A stretch of 64,000 nucleotides of DNA from IMG/VR virus record IMGVR_UViG_3300025018_000100; one strand, written 5' to 3'. Below the pieces are notes generated by a model that searched no databases, was not told where the DNA came from, and saw only the letters and a list, made by a program, of their open reading frames with translations. The position numbers and the translations under genes are program-made. The stretch comes from a virus. Shown here one piece after another: positions 56,424 to 64,000 of this stretch; positions within the stretch are counted from its first letter, which is position 1; each line of letters opens with the position of its first letter.

Positions 56424-57917
56424 TTACCTAGGGATAGTTCTACCAGTTCCTGGGAAGCCTCCGAAATGAATATTGTTATTTCTAAGAGTACATGCTTCAA
56501 AGTTTTTAGCACAAACATCTTCTTGTACAGTAAGTACTTCTGCATTATTAATATCAAAGTATCCATTAGCTGTACGATTTTGTGTATCTCCTGGAATTAA
56601 ATCAGAACCATTATCAGGATATTGACATTCGGGACCTTTATATGACCAAGGACAGCTATTCTTAAAATACTTTCTTTTTGGCAGCTGTAGTTTGAAATAT
56701 TGAAGCCAACTTACTACTGCGAATACTGCAACAATCGGATTTAAAGTATCTAAACTATCAATTTTAAAGTTATCAACTACGAAACCGTCTTGGTCAGCTT
56801 CTTCATTTACGATGTACAGCTTATCCCCAGCTTTTACGTTTGGAACTTCTGTATCGGTGATTAAGTTATCTCCGAACATATTAATAATCTGATAAGTTTC
56901 TTGATTAGAATTACTACGTACTATGTCGCCAATTCTATAAGGAAGTGTAGATGCTACAGTAATAAGATTAGGAGTAGTTTCTCTAACAATGCTATATTCA
57001 GGCCATACGTCAAGAAAGTTAGCGTAAGTACTTTTAATTTCGATTACTCCGCCTAGTAAGTCTCTAGTATCAATTTTTAGTTTATTCCAAGTATCTCCAA
57101 GACTAATAGTTGTATCATAATCAAAAGCGACGTTGTATCCGCCTCTGCTAGCTGCTATATTTTCATCAAAGTCTGGATGTTCTGGATTAGTACGTGGATC
57201 AATATTGGTAACATATTCACCATTAACAATAGCCGTATTACTATTACTGCTATTATTTCCTACAAGAAAAGGGTTTTCTACAAGAGTAGTAATTAGATTA
57301 TCAAAGTTACTAATAGTAATCTGAATTTCATTTACTTGCCCACTACTGTCTATACCAATATCACCACTTTCGATAGGGTAAGGAAGAAAACTTTCTCCAC
57401 CAAATAAACATTCATACTGAATATCACTAGCTGTTTCACCCCTAATCTCGGCAAATCTGAAAGGTAAACCATCGGGCCAAGGATATCCTGTACCCTCTCC
57501 TGTAGGATTTCCTGCTTGATTTGGTGGGTACCATTCTCCTGGGTAGTATAAAGTGTAAAGTCTAACTGAGGGTCTTTGAACAAAAGCGTTCTTTTCCCTA
57601 ATAAAATTACTATTTTGAATGTTAGTTATCTCACAACTACTAACAACAGTGGTTGCATTATAACTAGGCTCAAAATAGGGTTGTTGATTGATATCGACAC
57701 TTCCACCACTTGTAGTAATAAAAGTAGTATTGCAGGTTTCTGCAATATTATACTCTTGTAGTACGTTATCTACTTTAACCTTAATAGTGTTATTCTCAGG
57801 ATTAACGTTAGCAATAAATCCTTCAGTACCGCTTGTGATACCAATAATATTGTTACCTTGTGTAAATCCTACAGTGCTATTAACTGTTAAAATGTAATCG
57901 TATGTACGTGTTGTCAT
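56424..57917 (-). CDS. Minor tail protein L-like (Fe-S cluster Cys motif), extended
   Basis: PYPIE, ITISN, LPKR..CPWSYKGPECQY..DVCAK..AC..R..HFGGFPG. Confidence 0.85.
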   Translation of the reverse strand: MTTRTYDYILTVNSTVGFTQGNNIIGITSGTEGFIANVNPENNTIKVKVDNVLQEYNIAETCNTTFITTSGGSVDINQQPYFEPSYNATTVVSSCEITNIQNSNFIREKNAFVQRPSVRLYTLYYPGEWYPPNQAGNPTGEGTGYPWPDGLPFRFAEIRGETASDIQYECLFGGESFLPYPIESGDIGIDSSGQVNEIQITISNFDNLITTLVENPFLVGNNSSNSNTAIVNGEYVTNIDPRTNPEHPDFDENIAASRGGYNVAFDYDTTISLGDTWNKLKIDTRDLLGGVIEIKSTYANFLDVWPEYSIVRETTPNLITVASTLPYRIGDIVRSNSNQETYQIINMFGDNLITDTEVPNVKAGDKLYIVNEEADQDGFVVDNFKIDSLDTLNPIVAVFAVVSWLQYFKLQLPKRKYFKNSCPWSYKGPECQYPDNGSDLIPGDTQNRTANGYFDINNAEVLTVQEDVCAKNFEACTLRNNNIHFGGFPGTGRTIPR

Positions 57918-58867
57918 TAACCATAAACCTCTTTTAATTTAATTGATACAGAATAAAATTGATCTTGTACGTTTGTGCCTCTACTACCAATATGATTGAA
58001 TTGTAAATCTCCTTCAAATCTTACATTAACAGTACCTGGCTCATTTATATGAGATAAGTTGAAGATGAAATCTTCAAACGTCCCACTTCTTTCATTATAA
58101 AAATTCTCTAAAGCTTGTTTTTCTACGCCGCTAAGAACAGAATAAGTTAGCTGGTACTCTCTTTTAGCTCTACGACTAAGTAGTCTTCTTTTTTCATAAC
58201 CTGCTTGGCTTTCAAAAGTAGCAACATCAAATTTTCTAGATTCTGTATAACCTTTATCTGGCTTTTTATCCGCCATACTATTACATCTATCAGTAAAAGA
58301 GATACTATTATTAATAGTTCTAATGTCTAGAAAAGTATTGGCATATGCTGGAATAGGTGGATCAATGTCAATACCTTGATCACCTAAAACAGAACTTGGA
58401 AATACGAAACTATTATCGCTTTGATTAACACCATTAACAAACACAAAAATACTAGGTTTTTGTGTAGAAGTACTATTTAAGGGTAGTGCCCAACTAGTAG
58501 TAACCCCATCAATTAAATAATTATTTGCATTATTAGTGACTGGATTATTATTGCTATAAGTAACACTGAATGTTCCTGTCTCTGACACTAGCTTTTTAAA
58601 CCTAGCAGGAATACTTAAAGTTTTAATAGTTAAATTAGCAGCATTCGGAGGTATATAAAAATTAATTGTGGAATTATTGTTACTTACGTAAAAACTAGAA
58701 GTTGATTGAGTTACACCATCCGTAATTGCAAAGATTTCTCCTTCAAAAGAAACACTACTAGGGAGGTTAAAAGATACGTCTGTTGAAGTATTTGTATACT
58801 GCGTAGTACCAATTACACTAAAACTAGTTTCTATGTCAAATACTGCATCATCTGGATAAGTTGCCAT
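57917..58867 (-). CDS. Distal tail / lambda M-like protein
   Basis: Follows the TMP; F....GYEKRR...KREYQLTY...FYNER.G.FEDF...VRF C-terminal domain. Confidence 0.7.
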   Translation of the reverse strand: MATYPDDAVFDIETSFSVIGTTQYTNTSTDVSFNLPSSVSFEGEIFAITDGVTQSTSSFYVSNNNSTINFYIPPNAANLTIKTLSIPARFKKLVSETGTFSVTYSNNNPVTNNANNYLIDGVTTSWALPLNSTSTQKPSIFVFVNGVNQSDNSFVFPSSVLGDQGIDIDPPIPAYANTFLDIRTINNSISFTDRCNSMADKKPDKGYTESRKFDVATFESQAGYEKRRLLSRRAKREYQLTYSVLSGVEKQALENFYNERSGTFEDFIFNLSHINEPGTVNVRFEGDLQFNHIGSRGTNVQDQFYSVSIKLKEVYG

Positions 58868-58881
58868 TTTTTATTTCCTCT

Positions 58882-58977
58882 TAATTAATCTTTGTACGTT
58901 CTTACCAGCAACAAATTCTCTTATTAATTTATCAATATGATGAAATTTTTTATTACTGGAAGAACGTACATTAATTA
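58882..58977 (-). promoter_or_regulatory. Long intergenic RNA hairpin
   Basis: TGTACGTTCTT/AAGAACGTACA, CCAG/CTGG and TAATAAA/TTTGTTG arms. Confidence 0.65.
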
Positions 58978-58979
58978 TA

Positions 58980-61900
58980 TTACACACTTCTAAGTCCTTT
59001 TCTAATTGGTCCGTTATTTCTGAAATCTTTTAATACTACATCAATAACAAACTGTTTACCGTCAAAACTTACCTGAGGTTGACCATCAGTTTGTTGGGCT
59101 GTGCCATTGTTAACAATATTAACTTTAACATCAGGCTGTCCACCAGAACCCCCTCTATTCATATTTCTTAAATTATTAAGACCTATATCTTGAGAAGCTC
59201 TCTTGTTCATAACAAACTCGCCTGGCTCTAACATTGCAGGCACACTATCTCTTAATAGATTTGGACCTCCAGCAGCCATATATCTAACAGGACCCCCTGC
59301 CGCCATGGTTCTACCATCTAAGATTCCATACTGAGCAACGGATAAAGCACTACTAGTTCCTACGTTACTACCAGCAGTAAATCCAGCACCTCCGCCAAAC
59401 ATACTACTTATTCCAGTACCAATAAGCCCTAGGATACTACCAAAACCGCTACTAGAACCGCCAGAACTTCCTAAAGCACTAGATAAGCTACTACCTAAAA
59501 AGTCAAATACTTTTGTGGCTGTGTTACCAAACGAACTTAATCCTCTTGATAAAAGTCCGTTTTCTCCAAAAACACTATCAAAAAATCCAGTAGTTTGTTC
59601 TTTGTTTTTATTAATAGTTTCTGTAACAGCTTTATCTGAATTTTCCGCCGCACTAAGTACTTCGGATTTTATAGATTTACTAGCACCTAAGCTAACATCA
59701 GAAGTGTATAAGGGGAGGTCACGAGAGTTACCTCTCTCTTCGCTCCCAAAAAGATCACCAAAAACACTACCAATCATATCTTCAACAGGTTTTACAATAA
59801 GTCTATCCGTAACTTTTTCTCTTATACCATCTAAGATACCTACGAATAAATCTCTTGCACCTTCTTTAAAGTTGTCCATAGTAAGGGTACCATCAAAATA
59901 AGCCTTGCTTAAATCCTGAATACCTGTTCCAATTTTATTTTTAAGAACTGAACTAATATCGTCAGATAGTAATCTAAGGGCGTCTCCTTGCTCCCTTAAA
60001 TTACTCATGGTTAAACTATGATTAGAATTTGCTTTTATTTGTTCATTTTCTAACTGAGTTATAGTATTTTTAAATTCTTCTTCGTTTATCCCTATTTCTT
60101 TTCTTTTATTATCTATCTTAATTTGTAATGCTGCGAGTTCTGCGGCATTTTCTCTGTTAAGATTTGATATCTTAATGTCGTTTAATTCTGCTTGTAATTT
60201 AGCTAATTCTCCTATATCAAGAATTTCATCTTGTATAGCTCTAGCTTTAAGAGACCTTAATTTGTCCTGAGTATTAGCTTCTTGTGTGGCTGCGTCTGCT
60301 TGAGTAGCTGCTAAGTCCTTAGTAGCATTAATAGTACTATCTAATTGTTCAATAGAAGTTTTAATAGAAGAATTTAGTGAATCAATTTGTTCATCAAAAT
60401 TAGCTACACTAATCAAACTAGGATTACTAGTTCCGTAGAATCCTGCTAATGTTTTAATAAATTCATTGAATATTCTAGCCAATTCAATAGGAAATTGAGT
60501 TAATGCTTGTATTTCTTTCTGAACAGTCAATAATCTGGTTTTTTCTAATTCTAATGCAGCTAATTTATTAGTTTTATTAATATCAATTTCTTGTTTTTTT
60601 ATAGCTAATTCTGCGTCTGCTCTTATTTTTTCTTGATCTAATATATCTAATCTATTAATTAAATTTTTCTGTTCATTAATGCTTTTCTGCTCAGAAATTT
60701 GCTTCTCTCTTAATAAAAGAGCAGCTTTCTGGCTATTATCTTTAGCTTTAAAAGTTTTTTCCGCTTCTAAATTATCTATCTCTAGATTAATAATCCTAGA
60801 TTCATTATCAAATTTTTTCTTTTCTGCTTCTATACGAAGATTAATTAGATTTAATTCTTTTTCTAAGTTACTAGCTGCTTGTTCTGCTATTAAATTTCTT
60901 CTATCTTCCCTAGTACCAAAATTAGGAAAATTAGCTTGATTATCAGCAGTTCTCTGTAATCGTAAGTCTCTTAATAATGCAGCACGTTCTATTGCTAGTT
61001 CTTTTCCCTTTAGTTCTGTATCTAATAGTTTATTAGCTAAATTTAATTCTTCAACTTTATTTTCGTTTATTTGTTGTTGTTTTTTAAATTTAATATTTTG
61101 AGTTTCATTATATGCCTTGCTTATATCTAAAAGAGCATTTTCTTTAGTTAGTAGAGCTTCTAAAGCTTTATTTCTATTATCATAAGCTTCTTGAGATAAT
61201 AAAATATTATTAGATAATTTTTGAATTTCTAATTTTTGCTTTTCAATATCTAATTGTTGTAAAGACTCCCTTAGTCTTTTTTCTTCAGCTATTGCAATTT
61301 TTTGTATTTCTTCTTTTGATTTTAGGAAAGCACCAAATAAAGCCTTTTCCGTAGTTTTTCGGAGATTTCCTAAGGCTACAATCTTAGCATTTTGTTCTAA
61401 ATCTTTTTCTCCTCGACTAGCAGCTTCTTTTTGTAAAGCAGCGAGTTCTATTGATCCTTGTTTTGCTATATTAATAGCAGTTACTAAATTTTCTGCTTTG
61501 TTAGCAGCTATTTCAATACCATTTTCTGCAAATTTACCATTAAATAAGTTAATTATCCCAGAAGATTCTAAGTTATCTACTAAACTTATTTGGCTAGAAA
61601 AAGCTTTAGTAATATTTACAGATAATTGCTCAATAGCTTGAAGCTCTTGGGTTATTTTTCTTGCTTCTTTTCCTTGATCTTTAAGTCTATTTATAATAGC
61701 AACTAATTTAGGGTCTAACTCACCATATTCGTTAGTGTAGGCTTCTTGTAATTTAACTAATTCACTAGTGATAGTAGTTATTGCTGTAAGTTTTTGTGCT
61801 GCCTTCTCTGCATCAAGAGAACCTGAAGCAAAAGAATCAGAGAAACTTTTACTTGCGTTTATGCTTTTACCTAACTCAGAAACTAAATTACCTACACCCG

Positions 61901-64000
61901 TTTTTAATTTGGGTAATCCTTTGTCGCTAATTTCAGAAATAGATGCTTGAATACCTCCAAAACCTATAGTAGCTACTTGATCATTAAATTTTATAAAACC
62001 TTGTAAAGCTAAATCAGCTACTTGTTGAATAGGAATTCCAGCAGTTCTACTGATTTCTTCAATAATACCCGATAATTGAGTTTTACCAGATTCTAAATTT
62101 TTAACTGCTTCCTCCAAAGTAGCTACCTCTAATCGACTACTTCTTAATTCCTCTCCACTTAGTTTTGTTTGTTTATTTTTTAATCTAGTAATAGTTTGAT
62201 TAAGTCTTTCTATTTGATTTAAGACACCTAATCTTAGTACTTCTTCTTTACTTAAAGCCTGTGCCTGTTCAAATTGTTCTTTATTAGGTCTAAATTCATT
62301 TCTTCCTGCAAAATTAGTTCCATTGTCTTTTGCTAATTGATTAGCAAATTGCTGTCTAATCCCAGAAGTGTTAGTTAATCCCTCAATAATTTGTTTATTT
62401 ACATCAGAATATTTTTCCGCTAGTTTTTCTCTAGCCTCTCTATCTAAATCTAATTCTTTTGCTAACTTTTCTAAATTGCTATTTTTAGATATAAAAGTAG
62501 TAGCAGCTAAAGCTTGGGCTCCTTCTTTAGCTCTATCAATTTCTTCTGTTAAAGATTTGAAAAATTTAATTACGCTATCTAAAATATCTACACCAAATAA
62601 ACTTGCGATAAATTGAATAGTAGATCCTACAAGAAAAAACTTATTTGCTAAGGAAACTGCGGCACTAATTGCTAACCCTGTTCTTCTAAAAGCTGCACCA
62701 ATAAAATCAGCTGATCTAGCTATACCTTTAGATAGTCCAGAACTATTATTCATAACCGTATTTAGATTAATATAAGAAACCTCTAAAGCTTTAACTCTTC
62801 TTGTAGCTCTTTCAATACTTCTATTTGCTGCATCAATTTGTTCCTTAGTTCTTCCCTGTACAGTTAAATATTTTTGTTTAGTAGCGATAAACTTATTTTC
62901 TTGTTCAATTTGAGCTTTAATTAAAGGAGTTGTTTCTCTAATTTGTTGGTTAGTTAGAGAATCTGCGTTATCTATTAAGTTATTAAATTGACTGGGAGAG
63001 AGTTTACCTCCGAAAGCATTTTTACCTCCGGTAAAACCTTTATTACCTTCAAATTCTGCTTTTGTATTATCTAAAGTATTTAAATTATCTTTTATAGTAT
63101 TTTTACCAAATAATCTAATATTTTTAGCTTTTTCTTCAATTCGTGTAAAAAATCTATCGATACTTTGTCCGCTCTCAGTAACAAAACTAGAAATACCTGC
63201 TGATAGACTACTAAAAATCTGAACAGATAGTACCGCAGCTAGTGCTCCAATGTTTCCAGGAGTTTGACTAAAGAAATCTGCTAAACTAGACAAAGGACCG
63301 GCTACAGCTTGTCCGACTTTAGTAGCTAAATCAATAACTTTAGCAGATAATTCTTCTAGACTTTGTTGCGTAGTAGGTAAAACGGTGTTAATAATACTGA
63401 ATTTACGCTCACCTTCTTCGATAACTTCATTAATGAAAGCTTGTCTTTTTTCATAATTAGTTAAACTAGATGTTGCAACATTTAATTGTCTAGCATACTT
63501 TTCTACCGCAGGGTCAATACGAGTAAAAATACCTAATTCATCTAAAAGTTCTGGTTCTAACTTAGCCGCACCTCGAACTAATCTTTGAAATGCATCTGTT
63601 AATGTTCTACCTAAGGCACGGCTAGCTTTTAGAGCAACCCCCGTAATTCTTTCTAATTGTTCACCGCCAAATCCAGCAGATAGTGCAATGTTAGCATTTT
63701 GAGCAGCTTCTGCTAAAGTTAACTGACCTTTGGTAATTTCTTGAATTTTAGCAAGAATTTTATTACCGTTAGAGCCTATTTCGTTAGCTAATGTAATAGT
63801 ACCACGTACAATTTCTTCTGATTGAGTTGCTCTTTGTAATGCCGCGAATGCCTGTTGCAATGCGAATACGCTAGCAGCCGCACCAGCATAAGCACCAACT
63901 AACCCACCTAAGCCTCTAGCTTGTTGAGAAAAAGCTCTACCTGCACTAGCTTGAGTAGTAGTAAGACGATTACTTTTACTATCAAGTTTATCTACTTCGT
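58980..64000 (-). CDS. Tape measure protein (T5 pb2-like), 5' end outside the window
   Basis: Frame is open to the window edge (SAGRAFSQQARGLGGLVGAYAGAAA); KLEPELLDELGI; long coiled coil; C-terminal MAAGG..DSVPAMLEPGEFV. Confidence 0.93.
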   Translation of the reverse strand, partial: EVDKLDSKSNRLTTTQASAGRAFSQQARGLGGLVGAYAGAAASVFALQQAFAALQRATQSEEIVRGTITLANEIGSNGNKILAKIQEITKGQLTLAEAAQNANIALSAGFGGEQLERITGVALKASRALGRTLTDAFQRLVRGAAKLEPELLDELGIFTRIDPAVEKYARQLNVATSSLTNYEKRQAFINEVIEEGERKFSIINTVLPTTQQSLEELSAKVIDLATKVGQAVAGPLSSLADFFSQTPGNIGALAAVLSVQIFSSLSAGISSFVTESGQSIDRFFTRIEEKAKNIRLFGKNTIKDNLNTLDNTKAEFEGNKGFTGGKNAFGGKLSPSQFNNLIDNADSLTNQQIRETTPLIKAQIEQENKFIATKQKYLTVQGRTKEQIDAANRSIERATRRVKALEVSYINLNTVMNNSSGLSKGIARSADFIGAAFRRTGLAISAAVSLANKFFLVGSTIQFIASLFGVDILDSVIKFFKSLTEEIDRAKEGAQALAATTFISKNSNLEKLAKELDLDREAREKLAEKYSDVNKQIIEGLTNTSGIRQQFANQLAKDNGTNFAGRNEFRPNKEQFEQAQALSKEEVLRLGVLNQIERLNQTITRLKNKQTKLSGEELRSSRLEVATLEEAVKNLESGKTQLSGIIEEISRTAGIPIQQVADLALQGFIKFNDQVATIGFGGIQASISEISDKGLPKLKTGVGNLVSELGKSINASKSFSDSFASGSLDAEKAAQKLTAITTITSELVKLQEAYTNEYGELDPKLVAIINRLKDQGKEARKITQELQAIEQLSVNITKAFSSQISLVDNLESSGIINLFNGKFAENGIEIAANKAENLVTAINIAKQGSIELAALQKEAASRGEKDLEQNAKIVALGNLRKTTEKALFGAFLKSKEEIQKIAIAEEKRLRESLQQLDIEKQKLEIQKLSNNILLSQEAYDNRNKALEALLTKENALLDISKAYNETQNIKFKKQQQINENKVEELNLANKLLDTELKGKELAIERAALLRDLRLQRTADNQANFPNFGTREDRRNLIAEQAASNLEKELNLINLRIEAEKKKFDNESRIINLEIDNLEAEKTFKAKDNSQKAALLLREKQISEQKSINEQKNLINRLDILDQEKIRADAELAIKKQEIDINKTNKLAALELEKTRLLTVQKEIQALTQFPIELARIFNEFIKTLAGFYGTSNPSLISVANFDEQIDSLNSSIKTSIEQLDSTINATKDLAATQADAATQEANTQDKLRSLKARAIQDEILDIGELAKLQAELNDIKISNLNRENAAELAALQIKIDNKRKEIGINEEEFKNTITQLENEQIKANSNHSLTMSNLREQGDALRLLSDDISSVLKNKIGTGIQDLSKAYFDGTLTMDNFKEGARDLFVGILDGIREKVTDRLIVKPVEDMIGSVFGDLFGSEERGNSRDLPLYTSDVSLGASKSIKSEVLSAAENSDKAVTETINKNKEQTTGFFDSVFGENGLLSRGLSSFGNTATKVFDFLGSSLSSALGSSGGSSSGFGSILGLIGTGISSMFGGGAGFTAGSNVGTSSALSVAQYGILDGRTMAAGGPVRYMAAGGPNLLRDSVPAMLEPGEFVMNKRASQDIGLNNLRNMNRGGSGGQPDVKVNIVNNGTAQQTDGQPQVSFDGKQFVIDVVLKDFRNNGPIRKGLRSV

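Noticed and set aside
4547-62616. Antisense and alternative-frame ORFs in the track (e.g. 7224-7556, 8598-8921, 13082-13372, 28545-28823, 41186-41383, 59515-59901)
   Set aside because: They shadow well-supported genes and show no motifs or start signals
1-64000. tRNA, rRNA, CRISPR array, DGR/retron, integrase
   Set aside because: No cloverleaf, spaced direct repeats, reverse transcriptase or recombinase motifs seen; intergenic gaps are all under about 240 bp

Overview
A 64-kb piece of a low-GC (about 30%) lytic siphophage genome distantly related to T5. The + strand (1-40.8 kb) carries a T5-type replication and nucleotide-metabolism arm: D3, dNMP kinase, NAD ligase, D5, UvdE, D2, D6 helicase, primase, Pol A, D10 helicase, D11, SbcD/C, class II RNR, D14, D15, RNase H, dUTPase and ThyX. 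It is interleaved with many modification enzymes: five glycosyltransferases, two AspH-type 2OG-Fe(II) hydroxylases, a radical SAM, a PP-loop enzyme and methyltransferase-like proteins, plus a PlcP-Agt-like lipid-remodelling pair. The - strand (40.8-64 kb) carries a partial tape measure protein, a lambda-like L/K/I/J tail tip, fibres, two more radical SAM genes, an endolysin and small basic proteins. The arms meet at a terminator hairpin near 40.81 kb. Three LAGLIDADG inteins (one Pro-start, class 3) and one Lys(+1) Hint domain are present. The most notable observations are: (1) a tail-tip module with JAB, 2x NlpC/P60, 2x ubiquitin-like proteins and a gpJ whose N-terminus reads VPFIHGG-KGG-[Hint]-KGGGKG; (2) a possible virion protein-modification system, with a radical SAM gene coupled to an AND-x-x-T-Y/F repeat fibre; (3) a promoter- and terminator-bounded ~140-nt structured RNA; (4) a Pth2 gene opening with an ATG-ACT-TAG minigene; (5) a GC-shifted, dual-frame segment in a glycosyltransferase. 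No tRNA, rRNA or CRISPR array was seen. All family calls come from motif recognition by eye, not database searches.
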